Origin: Terriglobia bacterium
GTDB taxonomy: Bacteria > Acidobacteriota > Polarisedimenticolia > Polarisedimenticolales > JAIQFR01
Direction: 5' to 3'
Assembly (NCBI GenBank): GCA_963748015.1
Contig: CAVVHE010000006.1
Span: 64,001-128,000, forward strand
Length of the DNA stretch: 64,000 bases
The notes under the pieces are model-generated. The model made no database searches, had not been told where the DNA came from, and saw only the letters and a list, made by a program, of their open reading frames with translations. The translations under genes and the position numbers were made by a program. Below are positions 20,904-30,579 of this stretch, one piece after another; the first letter of the stretch is position 1; each line of letters begins with the position of its first letter.

Positions 20904-23636
20904 ATGTGGGCCCCGAGCACCTGCCCGAGCTGCTCCAGCGTCCTCTCCGCGGGAAGCCGCTTCTGCGGTTCCTGCGGCCAGGCGGTGTCCCCCTCGTCCG
21001 CGCTGCCGACCGAGGATTTCGCGCGGAGCGCCGGCCCGGAGTCGGCGCGCCCGGTCCCGTCCCACTTCGCTCCCGCGGCGGCGCGGTTCGTTCCCGGAGC
21101 GATCCTCGCCGACCGCTACCGAATCGTGGGCCTGCTGGGAAAGGGGGGCATGGGGGAGGTCTACCGGGCCGACGACTTGAAGCTCGGGCAGCCCGTCGCC
21201 CTCAAGTTCCTGCCCCCCGGCTTCGACGAAAACCCGGAGCGTCTCCAGCGTTTCCTCAACGAAGTGCGGACCGCGCGCCAGGTTTCCCATACGAACATCT
21301 GCCGGATCTACGACGCCGGAGAGGCCGACGGACAACATTTCCTGTCGATGGAATACGTCGACGGCGAGGACCTCGCATCGCTCCTGCGCCGGATCGGGCA
21401 CATTCCGAAGGACAAGGCGATCCAGATCGCGCGGCAGCTCTGCGCCGGCCTCGCGGCCGCGCACGACGCCGGCGTCCTGCACCGGGACCTGAAGCCCGCG
21501 AACGTCATGATCGACGGCCGAGGGCGGGCGCGCATCACCGACTTCGGCCTCGCGGCGTTCGCCGAGGAGATCGGCGGCGAGGAGATCCGCTCCGGAACCC
21601 CCGGCTACATGGCGCCGGAGCAGCTCGCGGGCCGGGAAGTCTCCGTGCGCAGCGATCTCTACTCGCTCGGCCTGGTCCTCTACGAGCTGTTCACCGGCAA
21701 GCCGGCCTTCAGGGCGTCGTCCTACGGCGAGCTGCAACGCATGCAGTCCGAGTCTACGCCCGCGTCCCCTTCCAGTCTGGTCGAGGGGTTCGACCCGACG
21801 GTCGAGCGGGTCATCCTTCGCTGCCTGGACACGGATCCGGCGCTCCGGCCCGCCTCGGCGCTTTCGGTCGCCGCCGCGCTTCCGGGCGGCGATCCGCTCG
21901 CCGCCGCCCTCGCCGCCGGCGAGACCCCGTCCCCCGAGATGGTGGCCGAGGCCGGACACAAGGGCGCTGCCTCGCCATGGGTCTCCTGGGGCGCCCTCGC
22001 CCTGTTCCTCGTGGCCCTCGCCGGCGTCATCGCGCTGGCCCCGCGCGCGACGTTGCTGGGGATGGTTCAGCTCGACAAGCCGCCCGAGTTCCTGCGGGAG
22101 CGCGCGAGGGAGATCCTCTCGCAGGCTGGCCACGACCGGAAACCGGCCGACAGCCTCTTCGCGTTCGATGCGGACCGCGGCTATCTCGACGAGCTGCTCC
22201 GCCGCAATCCGACGGGTGCGGGCGCGGGACCGTGGGAGGGTCTCCAGTCGTCCCCCCCGCGCGGGATCCGCTTCTGGTACCGCCAGAGCCCGCGGGATCT
22301 GGAGCCGCTGAACGGGGCGACCATCGCAGTGTGGCTCGACGACCCGCCGGACTCGGCGCCGGGAATGGCGAGGGTCGGGCTCGATCCCGATGGCCGGCTG
22401 ATCTCGCTGCTGGTCGTTCCGGGAGAGCGCACCGAGCCGGAGCCGGCTCCGGCGGAGCCGGACTGGGCGCCTCTCCTCCGGGCCACCGGCGTGGATGCGA
22501 AGACGCTCGTGCCCGCGCGGCCGGAATGGGCTCCGCCGGTCTTCGCGGATCGCCGCGCCGCGTGGACGGGGTCCTGGCCGGGAACGCCGGAGATACCCCT
22601 ACGGATCGAGGCGGCGGCGGCCGGTGGCCGGCCGGTGTCGCTGCGGATCGTGGAGCCTTGGGACCGTCCCTTGGAAGAGTCCGCGCCGCCGCAGGGCCTT
22701 TGGCGTCGCGCGTCCCAGCTCGTCAACACCCTCTGGTTCGTCGTCGTGGTCGCCGCCGCCGGGATCGTGGCGCTGCGGAACGTCCGCCGCGGAAGGGGAG
22801 ACCGTCGTGGCGCCTTGAGGCTGGCTCTCTACCTCGGCGCCGCGCGGATGCTGTGGTTCCTCGGCGCGCACCACGTCGCGTCGCCCTCCGAGCTGAACCT
22901 CTTCGTCGGCCATCTCTCGTACGCCATGCAGAGGGTCGGCCTGGCCTACGTCTTCTACCTCGCGATCGAGCCGTACGCCCGGCGGCTGTGGCCGCGGATG
23001 CTCGTCTCGTGGGTGCGGGTGCTGGAGGGACGCGTCCGCGATCCCCTGGTGGGACGCGACCTGCTGATCGGGTGCGCCGCGGCCGCGCTGGGCGTGCTGC
23101 TCGGGCGCCTTGCTCGCGGGGTTCCCGCGATGCTGGGCGGGGCGCCGGTTCTGCCGCAATGGAACGAATGGAGCTTCGAGTCGCTCCGTGGGACCGTGCC
23201 GGCGTTCGTGTCCATCATGGGCATCCACACCACGGAGCTGCTGAGCATCATCTTTCCGGTCACGATGCTACTGATCTTTCGTCTTCTGCTGCGACGCACC
23301 GGTCCGGCGATCGTCGCAGTTTCGCTGCTCGCGCTGGTGATGTACTACCCCGATTCGGGGAGCATTCCCGGCTACTTCGTCGGCGCCCTCGTCGCGATCG
23401 CTCTCTTCTGGGTCGTCCTGTTCCGAGCCGGCCTGCTGGCCCTTGCGACGATGACCAGCGTCGCCTCGCTGATCGACCAGATGCCGCTGACCCCGCACCC
23501 GGCCGGCTGGTACCTGGGGACGATGCTCCTGGCGCTCGCGTTCATCGCTGCGCCGGCGCTCTACGGGTTCTGGACCTCGCAAGCGGGACGGCCGTTGTTC
23601 CGTGACGAGCTCCTGGAGCCGGCGGCCGAGCGCTAG
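20904..23636 (+). CDS. Membrane Ser/Thr kinase with N-terminal zinc ribbon and multi-TM C-terminus
   Basis: CPSC..CGSC, LGKGGMGEVY, VALKFL, HRDLKPAN, DFGLA, GTPGYMAPE; hydrophobic C-terminal half. Confidence 0.94.
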   Translation: MWAPSTCPSCSSVLSAGSRFCGSCGQAVSPSSALPTEDFARSAGPESARPVPSHFAPAAARFVPGAILADRYRIVGLLGKGGMGEVYRADDLKLGQPVALKFLPPGFDENPERLQRFLNEVRTARQVSHTNICRIYDAGEADGQHFLSMEYVDGEDLASLLRRIGHIPKDKAIQIARQLCAGLAAAHDAGVLHRDLKPANVMIDGRGRARITDFGLAAFAEEIGGEEIRSGTPGYMAPEQLAGREVSVRSDLYSLGLVLYELFTGKPAFRASSYGELQRMQSESTPASPSSLVEGFDPTVERVILRCLDTDPALRPASALSVAAALPGGDPLAAALAAGETPSPEMVAEAGHKGAASPWVSWGALALFLVALAGVIALAPRATLLGMVQLDKPPEFLRERAREILSQAGHDRKPADSLFAFDADRGYLDELLRRNPTGAGAGPWEGLQSSPPRGIRFWYRQSPRDLEPLNGATIAVWLDDPPDSAPGMARVGLDPDGRLISLLVVPGERTEPEPAPAEPDWAPLLRATGVDAKTLVPARPEWAPPVFADRRAAWTGSWPGTPEIPLRIEAAAAGGRPVSLRIVEPWDRPLEESAPPQGLWRRASQLVNTLWFVVVVAAAGIVALRNVRRGRGDRRGALRLALYLGAARMLWFLGAHHVASPSELNLFVGHLSYAMQRVGLAYVFYLAIEPYARRLWPRMLVSWVRVLEGRVRDPLVGRDLLIGCAAAALGVLLGRLARGVPAMLGGAPVLPQWNEWSFESLRGTVPAFVSIMGIHTTELLSIIFPVTMLLIFRLLLRRTGPAIVAVSLLALVMYYPDSGSIPGYFVGALVAIALFWVVLFRAGLLALATMTSVASLIDQMPLTPHPAGWYLGTMLLALAFIAAPALYGFWTSQAGRPLFRDELLEPAAER

Positions 23637-24655
23637 CCCGTAACGGGCCCGAAGAAACGAATCCACGCCAAGCTCGCCAGGGAGGTCACGAGCGCGGTGG
23701 CCAGCCCGACCCAAAGGGGCATGAGGCCGGTTCGCCGCATCGCCGCTGCGCGGGTGCCGAGGCCGACCCCCGCCAGAGCCAGCAAGATGAGCGCACGGGT
23801 TGCCCACTGAAGAGAGGCCTGGACGTCCACGCCGGTCGCATCGGCGAGCCAGCCGAAGACTCCCATCGTGTTCAGCGCGGCCATGGCAAGGAATCCCACG
23901 ACGAACGGCGGAACGGACTGGCGCACGCGCGTGCCGAAAGGCGCCCGGACGGAGCCGCGTTTGTGGAGGATTCCCATGGCGACGATCACCGCTCCCATGA
24001 GAGCGTTTCGGGTCAGCTTGACGACGGTGGCCACGCGCCCGGCCGCGTCGCTGAAAGCGAAAGCCGCGGCCAGGACCTGTGACGTGTCGTTGACCGCCGT
24101 GCCCACCCAGCTGCCGAACCCGGCGTCGCTCAGTCCTAGGGCGTGCCCGACGAGCGGGTACGCGAACACCGCGAGGGTCCCGAACAGCGTATTGGTGGCG
24201 ATGGCGTAGGCGACGTCCTCGTCCTCGGCGCCGATGACCGGAGCGACGGCGCCGATGGCGGAATTCCCGCAGACCGCCGTCCCGACCCCGATCAGGGAGG
24301 CGAGCTTGGCGGGCACGCCCAGCCGGCGGCCCAGAAGATGCGCCGCGGCAAGGGCGAGTCCCATCAGCGTCACGATGAGGAGCAGCGCCCGGAGGCCCAT
24401 CGAGAGCGTCGCGACGAAGGACAGACCGGCGCCCAGGAGGACGATCGCCAGGCGCAGGACGGTCTGGAACGCGAAGCGGATTCCCGGCGTGGTGGAGGGA
24501 GGGAGCGTCAGGAAGTTCCCCACGACGAGACCGAGCAAGACGGCGAAGATCACTTCCCCCACGACCTTCTCCGCGGGGCCGGGCAGTGCGCCGTGGAGGA
24601 GGCGCGCCCCGGCGGCCACCAAGGCCGTGAGGAGCAGGCCGGGGAGAAGTCGCAT
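23633..24655 (-). CDS. YeiH-family (putative sulfate exporter) membrane protein
   Basis: LRLAIVLLG, GTAVCGNSAI, GTAVNDTSQV, VVKLTRN, VPPFVVGF. Confidence 0.9.
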   Translation of the reverse strand: MRLLPGLLLTALVAAGARLLHGALPGPAEKVVGEVIFAVLLGLVVGNFLTLPPSTTPGIRFAFQTVLRLAIVLLGAGLSFVATLSMGLRALLLIVTLMGLALAAAHLLGRRLGVPAKLASLIGVGTAVCGNSAIGAVAPVIGAEDEDVAYAIATNTLFGTLAVFAYPLVGHALGLSDAGFGSWVGTAVNDTSQVLAAAFAFSDAAGRVATVVKLTRNALMGAVIVAMGILHKRGSVRAPFGTRVRQSVPPFVVGFLAMAALNTMGVFGWLADATGVDVQASLQWATRALILLALAGVGLGTRAAAMRRTGLMPLWVGLATALVTSLASLAWIRFFGPVTG

Positions 24656-24969
24656 CACGGTGTTTCCCCATGAAAGGACCGGCGGAACGCCCGGCTCAGG
24701 CCAACCCCGCGGGCCCCTCTTCGCATCATGCTTCCCCTTCGGACCGTGACGGCAGCGAACCCCGGGTCGGTTGCCTGGCGCCCAGAGCATAGATAGACGG
24801 CGCGGCCCGTGGGAAGGACTTCGTGAGGAAAATAGGGAGGATCAAGGTGGAACCCATCCTCTCCGGCCGGCGCAGTCGCCTTGCGTCATCGCCGGTTCCG
24901 GCGAGCGACCTGACGTAGACTTCCCGAGCATCGGCGGATCGGTGCGCCGGTGGGGGAGGCGCGCCCGCG

Positions 24970-26449
24970 ATGGACGAATCCTTCCGGCTCTCCAAGTCCC
25001 GGTTCACGGCCGGACTCCAGTGCCACAAGCTGCTGTGGTGGAAGGTGCACGAGCCCGACGCGCCCGAGCTCGTCCCCGACCTCGCGCAGCAGGCGGTCTT
25101 CGATCAGGGCACGCGGGTGGGGGAGGTGGCCCGGACCTACGTGCCGGGAGGCCAGCTCGTGGATCTTCCGTACTACGCGCTCGGCGATCGGGCCGCGATG
25201 ACGCGGAAGCTGCTCGACCGGAACGTGCCGGTCCTCTACGAGGCGTCGTTCTTCGCGGACGGCGTGTACGCCGCGATCGACATCCTGGAGCGGGAGGCCG
25301 GCGGTTTCCGCCTGATCGAGGTGAAGTCGTCCACCCGGCTCAAGGACGAGCATCTCCCCGACGTGGCCATCCAGCTGCACGTCCTGAGGAGAAGCGGGCT
25401 CGAGGTCGTTCGCGTCGAGGTGATGCACCTCAACCGCGCGTGCGTCTATCCCCACCTGGCCGACCTGTTCGTTCGAAGGGACGTCACCGCGGAGGCCGAG
25501 GCGGCGCAGTCCGGCCTGCCCGGCCGGATCGCCGAGCAGCTGAGCATGCTCGCCAAAGATCTCCCCGAAGTGGAGGTCGGCGAGCATTGCAGCAAGCCCT
25601 ACGAGTGCCCGTTCATGGCCCGCTGCTGGGACGAGGCGCCGGAGCATCACGTGAGCACGCTGTACCGCGTGCGGCGGGGGGGAGCGGACCTGATCGCGGC
25701 CAGGATTCGAGACGATCGATCAATTGCCCGATGGCGGGAGCTTCAGCGCGATCCAGGAGCGCCAGCGGCAGGCGGTCCGGACGGGCGCGCTCATCGTCGA
25801 GCCGGGCCTCGCGGAAGCGCTCGCCGCCTTCCGGGAGCCGCTGGCGTTCCTCGACTTCGAGACGGTCGGGCTCGCGATCCCCGTGTGGAACGGCTGTCAT
25901 CCTCACGACGCGGTGCCCGTGCAGTTCAGCTGCCATCGCCTCGCCGCGGACGGAACCGTCGCTCACCACGAGTGGCTCGCGGACGGGCCCGAGGACCCGC
26001 GCCCCGGGCTGGCTCGCCGGCTCGTCGAGGCCTGCCGCGGCGCCCGGACCGTCGTGGCCTACAACGCGAGCTTCGAGCGCCAGGGTATCGAGTCGCTGGC
26101 GGCCGCGGTGCCGGAGCTGTCGGAGGAGCTCCTGGACATCGCGGCCCGGCTCGCGGACCTGCTCCCCGTGGTCCGGAACCACGTCTATCACCCGGCGTTC
26201 GGTGGAAGCTTCAGCCTCAAGGCCGTCGTTCCCGCGCTCGTGCCGGGGCCGGGATACGACGAGTTGGAGGTGGCCGAGGGGGCGACCGCCAGCGTCGAGC
26301 TCGAGCGGCTGATGTTCCGCGGCGACGGCATGCCGGCCGAGGAAAGGCAACGCCTGCGCGAGGCCCTGCTGCGCTACTGCTCGCTCGACACGTCCGGCCT
26401 CGTGGGATTGCTCGCTCGCCTGCGGGACCTGGCCGGAACGGCGCCTTAG
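24970..26449 (+). CDS. DUF2779-type protein: PD-(D/E)XK nuclease + DEDD/RNase H-like domain; +1 frameshift near 25700
   Basis: LSKSRF..GLQC, IDIL..LIEVKSST, CSKPYECPF..CW in ORF 24970; FLDFET, VPVQFS, AYNASFE, GSFSLKAV, YCSLDT in ORF 25724. Confidence 0.85.
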
Positions 26450-26534
26450 TCGCGCGGGGCTGCGGTCAGGGCGGGATCTCCCGACCTCGGGGTGGCGAGG
26501 ACCTGTCTGCAGGGTCCGCGCGCAGGCGAGGTCG

Positions 26535-27248
26535 CTAGACTCGAAGCATCGGCGCGCCGCGGCCCTTGTCCGGTTCCGCGGCGCGGGCCGGCGCTTGCCG
26601 CAGGTAGGCCTCGATCATCGCGACCAGCTCGTCCGCGAAGACCTGGCGTCCGATCGGCTGCTCGTCGGGATGCGCGGCGAAGCGATGGGTCAGGCTCTCG
26701 ACCGCCTGCACGAGGAAGAAGCCGGCGTGCTGCAGGTTCCGGTGGCGGACCTCCGGATAGAGCCTCAGAAGGCCCGCCACGGTCTTGGCGGCCTCGCGCT
26801 CCGCACGCAGCACGGCGCGGTGGACGCGCTCCGGGAGCGGCGTCTCTTCCAGCAGGATGTGCTGGAGGCGCGGTCTTCCGGAGTGCATGTCCAGCATTCC
26901 CGCGACGTAATCGCGCAAGGCTCCGTGAAGGGAATGGCGCTCCGCGACCGTGTGCCCGACCCACTCGTGCAGCCTGCGCCCCGTCTCTTCGATGTGGCGC
27001 TCGAGCAGCACCACGGCCACCGCCTCCTTGCTGGGGTAGTACTGGTAGAGCGTCCCAATGGAGAGCCCGGCCCGTTCGGCGATGCGGTTGGTGGTTCCGG
27101 CCGCGTATCCGTGCTCCTCGAAAACCTGAGCCGCCGCGGCCAGCAAACGCTCGACCGTGGCCCGTGAGCGTTCTTGGACCGGCATTTTGGTTGGATCGAG
27201 CCTCTTCTTCGGCGACGCACGCCTCACCGCTGAAATGCGAGTTGTCAT
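26535..27248 (-). CDS. TetR/AcrR-family regulator
   Basis: PVQERSRATV..LAAAAQVF..TTNRIAERAGLSIGTLYQYYPSK HTH; start could be the internal ATG ~27185. Confidence 0.93.
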   Translation of the reverse strand: MTTRISAVRRASPKKRLDPTKMPVQERSRATVERLLAAAAQVFEEHGYAAGTTNRIAERAGLSIGTLYQYYPSKEAVAVVLLERHIEETGRRLHEWVGHTVAERHSLHGALRDYVAGMLDMHSGRPRLQHILLEETPLPERVHRAVLRAEREAAKTVAGLLRLYPEVRHRNLQHAGFFLVQAVESLTHRFAAHPDEQPIGRQVFADELVAMIEAYLRQAPARAAEPDKGRGAPMLRV

Positions 27249-27250
27249 AA

Positions 27251-27268
27251 TCTGAGTAATAACTCAGA
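27251..27268. promoter_or_regulatory. Putative TetR operator TCTGAGT-N4-ACTCAGA
   Basis: Perfect 7-bp inverted arms in the 30-bp AT-rich gap between divergent tetR and P-type ATPase genes. Confidence 0.7.
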
Positions 27269-27278
27269 ATAGATCGCG

Positions 27279-29891
27279 ATGTCAACCGGAGGCAGAGAAG
27301 GGGCGGCGGCCACGTCCGGAGACTTCCCCCGCGGTCTCACGGACGACGAGGCGAGAGCCCGCCTCGAGCAGGACGGCTTCAACGAAATCCCCTCCCAGAA
27401 GAAGCGCGGCCTGCTGGCCATCGCCCTGGAAGTCGTGCGGGAGCCGATGTTCCTGATGCTGGTCGCCGCCGGCAGCCTCTACCTGGTGATGGGGGAGCCC
27501 GTCGATGCCCTCATGCTCCTCGGCTTCGTGTTCGTGGTCATGGCGATCACGATCATCCAGGAGCGGCGTACCGAGCGGGCGCTGGACGCGCTGCGGGATC
27601 TGTCGAGTCCTCGCGCGCTGGTGATCCGCGGCGGGGCCAGCAGGCGCATTCCCGGCCGCGAGGTGGCTTGCGGCGACCTCTTGGCCCTGTCGGAGGGCGA
27701 CCGGGTTCCGGCGGACGCGGTCCTGCGGCGCGGGATGAACCTATCCGTGGACGAATCGCTGCTGACCGGCGAGTCCGTTCCGGTTCGCAAGACGCCGTCG
27801 CCGGATGCCCGGGATCTCGATCGTCCCGGCGGCGACGATCTCCCGTCGGTCTTCTCGGGCACGCTCGTTACCGCGGGCCAGGGGATTGCCGAGGTCGTCG
27901 CCACCGGCGTTCGCACGGAGCTCGGCAAGATCGGCAAGGCCCTGGCGCTGGTCGAGCCCGAAGCCACGCTCCTGCAGAAGGAGACCGCGCGGCTGGTCCG
28001 GTCCTGCGCTCTGGCCGGGCTGTCGGCCTGCACGCTGGTCGTGGTCATCTACAGTCTCACACGCGGCGGCGGCGCGGCGGTATGGAAGCAGGGCCTCCTC
28101 GCCGGGATCTCGATGGCCATGGCCATACTGCCCGAGGAGTTCCCGGTCGTCCTCACGGTCTTCCTGGCCCTCGGGGCCTGGCGCATCTCGCGCAGCCAGG
28201 TGCTGACGCGACGCATGCCCGCGGTCGAGACGCTCGGCGCGGCCACGGTCCTGTGCGTCGACAAGACGGGGACACTCACGCTCAACCAGATGACATTGAA
28301 GTACCTCTCGGTATCCGGGCGGCAGGTGGATCTGACCCGGCACGCCGGAGAGCTGCCGGCGGAGCTCCGCGCGCTGATCGAGCACGCCGTCCTCGCCAGC
28401 AAGCCCGACCCGTTCGACCCGATGGAACGGGCCCTGCACGTTGCCGGAGAGAGACTCCTCGATCCGACGGACCGCGTCCATCTCGGCGGGTCCCTGGTGC
28501 GGGAGTACCCGCTGAGCCCGGAGCTGCTCGCCGTCACGCAGGCCTGGAAACACGGCAGCGACGACGACGTGGCCCTCGCGTCCAAAGGGGCTCCGGAGGC
28601 GATCGCCGAACTGTGCCGCATGTCCGCGGCGGAGCGAGACGCGCTGGCGAGCGAGGTCGCGGCGCTGGCGTCGCAGGGCCTGAGGGTGCTCGGGGTGGCG
28701 CGCGGGCGGGCGAGATCAGGCAGCCTCCCGGACGAGCAGCGGCAGTTGGACCTCTCGTTCGTCGGGCTGCTCGGCCTCGAGGATCCCCTGAGGCCCGCCG
28801 TCCCCGCGGCGGTCGCCGAGTGCCGGTCCGCGGGCATCCGCGTGGTGATGGTCACGGGCGACTACCCGGCCACCGCTCAGAGCATCGCCCGGCAGGCGGG
28901 CTTCCTCGACGACGGATCCACGATCACCGGACCGGAGCTCGACGGCATGTCGGACGAGGCGCTCGCGAGCCGCGTCGGGGACGTCCGCATCTTCGCGCGC
29001 GTGGTGCCGGCCCAGAAGCTCCGGATCGTGACCGCCCTCAAGTCCGCCGGCGAGGTGGTCGCGATGACCGGCGACGGGGTCAACGACGCCCCGGCCCTCA
29101 GGGCGGCCCACATCGGGATCGCGATGGGTGCCCGCGGCACCGACGTGGCCCGCGAGGCGGGCTCGCTGGTGCTGCTCGACGACGATTTCTCGTCGATCGT
29201 CGCGGCGGTGCGGCTCGGGCGCAGGATCTTCGACAACATCAAGAAGGCCATTGCCTTCATCTTCGCGGTCCACGTCCCCATTGCCGGGCTCTCGATACTC
29301 CCCGTCTTCTTCGCCGACTGGTCGCTCCTGCTCCTTCCCATCCACATCGTCTTCCTGGAGCTCGTGATCGATCCCTCGTGCACGCTCATCTTCGAGGCGG
29401 AGGGGGCCGAGGCCGACGTGATGACGCGCCCGCCGCGCAGTCCCCGGGAGCGCCTGTTCTCGCTCAAGACCGTCGGGTTCGCCGTTCTCCAGGGGCTCGG
29501 CGTGCTCGCCGCCTGCCTTGCGGTGTTCCTGGTTTCTCGGCAGGGCCACGCGCCGGACGCCGCCCGCGCGCTCACCTTCACCACGCTGGTGGTCGCCTTC
29601 CTCGCCATCATCCTGGCGAACCGGTCGTGGGCTCGTACCATCGTCGGCAGTCTCCGCGTCCCGAACACGGCTCTCTGGTGGGTGCTGGGAGGCACGACCG
29701 CCCTGCTCGCGCTGGTGCTGCTGGTCCCCGTCGCGCAACGGATGTTCCACTTCGCGCCCCTCCACGCGGCCGACGTGGCGATCAGCGCCGTCGCCGGGGT
29801 TCTCTGCGTGATGTGGCTCGACTTGTTCAAGCTCGGCCGCCGGCTCACCCGAACCGGCCGGCTCGAGCCATTGGAGGAAAGAAGTCCATGA
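27279..29891 (+). CDS. Cation-transporting P-type ATPase (type II-like, PEEFP subfamily)
   Basis: DESLLTGES, PEEFP, DKTGT, KGAPE, TGD, MTGDGVNDAPAL. Confidence 0.96.
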   Translation: MSTGGREGAAATSGDFPRGLTDDEARARLEQDGFNEIPSQKKRGLLAIALEVVREPMFLMLVAAGSLYLVMGEPVDALMLLGFVFVVMAITIIQERRTERALDALRDLSSPRALVIRGGASRRIPGREVACGDLLALSEGDRVPADAVLRRGMNLSVDESLLTGESVPVRKTPSPDARDLDRPGGDDLPSVFSGTLVTAGQGIAEVVATGVRTELGKIGKALALVEPEATLLQKETARLVRSCALAGLSACTLVVVIYSLTRGGGAAVWKQGLLAGISMAMAILPEEFPVVLTVFLALGAWRISRSQVLTRRMPAVETLGAATVLCVDKTGTLTLNQMTLKYLSVSGRQVDLTRHAGELPAELRALIEHAVLASKPDPFDPMERALHVAGERLLDPTDRVHLGGSLVREYPLSPELLAVTQAWKHGSDDDVALASKGAPEAIAELCRMSAAERDALASEVAALASQGLRVLGVARGRARSGSLPDEQRQLDLSFVGLLGLEDPLRPAVPAAVAECRSAGIRVVMVTGDYPATAQSIARQAGFLDDGSTITGPELDGMSDEALASRVGDVRIFARVVPAQKLRIVTALKSAGEVVAMTGDGVNDAPALRAAHIGIAMGARGTDVAREAGSLVLLDDDFSSIVAAVRLGRRIFDNIKKAIAFIFAVHVPIAGLSILPVFFADWSLLLLPIHIVFLELVIDPSCTLIFEAEGAEADVMTRPPRSPRERLFSLKTVGFAVLQGLGVLAACLAVFLVSRQGHAPDAARALTFTTLVVAFLAIILANRSWARTIVGSLRVPNTALWWVLGGTTALLALVLLVPVAQRMFHFAPLHAADVAISAVAGVLCVMWLDLFKLGRRLTRTGRLEPLEERSP

Positions 29892-30163
29892 ACTGCCCTC
29901 GCTGCGAGAACGTGAACCTGACCATGTCGGAGAGAGCCGGGATCGAAATAGACTACTGTCCCACGTGCCGCGGCGTCTGGTTGGATCGCGGTGAGCTGGA
30001 CAAGATCGTGGAACGCTCCGCCGCGCCCCAGAGCGGGAGCGGCCGGAACGACGATTTCAGGGATTACCGCGACGACTCCCACCACGACAAGCATGGCCAG
30101 CACGGCGGCCAGTACGCCGGCCAGCACGGCCGGCGCTCGTGGCTGCGCGACATCTTCGACTGA
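29888..30163 (+). CDS. zf-TFIIB zinc-ribbon protein
   Basis: ATGA overlap; MNCPRC...IEIDYCPTCRGVWLDRGELDKI...SWLRDIFD. Confidence 0.9.
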   Translation: MNCPRCENVNLTMSERAGIEIDYCPTCRGVWLDRGELDKIVERSAAPQSGSGRNDDFRDYRDDSHHDKHGQHGGQYAGQHGRRSWLRDIFD

Positions 30164-30214
30164 GCGGTCCGCCAGGCCGGTGATCGTGCCGCGAGGAGCG
30201 CGCGGGCGCTGGAA

Positions 30215-30562
30215 GGGCGCGCGGCGTTCGTCACCGGCCAGAGCTGCCTCCGCACGGGCCTGCTCAAGATCGGCCTGCCGGGCGCGAAGGAAGGGCTCTC
30301 ACAAGACGACCCGCCGATCGCCGAGCGGTTCAAGCCGCAGGGCTACGCCGGCGGCCAATTGGGCGAGAACCCCGTGGGTGACCGCAACGAGCACCTTGGC
30401 GAGAAGAACCCGAGTTGGGAAGGCGGCTAACGCGTCCCCGCCACGATGCGCTGGCTGGGCGCCGTCAGGGCGGGCGCCGAGATCAGCGCCACCGTATCCC
30501 ACGAGGACTGGCTCCCCTCGCGGGTGGCGGCCGCGGGCGAGCCGAGCGTGAAGAAACCGCTG
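30215..30562 (+). pseudogene. Degraded arylsulfatase remnant (internal deletion, in-frame stop)
   Basis: Manual translation GRAAFVTGQSCLRTGLLKIGLPGAKEGL...GDRNEHL|GEKNPSWEGG*RVPATMRW...SHEDWLP..AAAGEP aligns by eye to two segments 170 aa apart in the 56482..58041 sulfatase. Confidence 0.88.
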
Positions 30563-30579
30563 TCCCGGCTCGGTCGCGC

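Noticed and set aside
30095..30135. Three 12-bp GCCAG(C/T)ACG repeats
   Set aside because: Encode the low-complexity GQHG/GQYA tail of the zinc-ribbon protein
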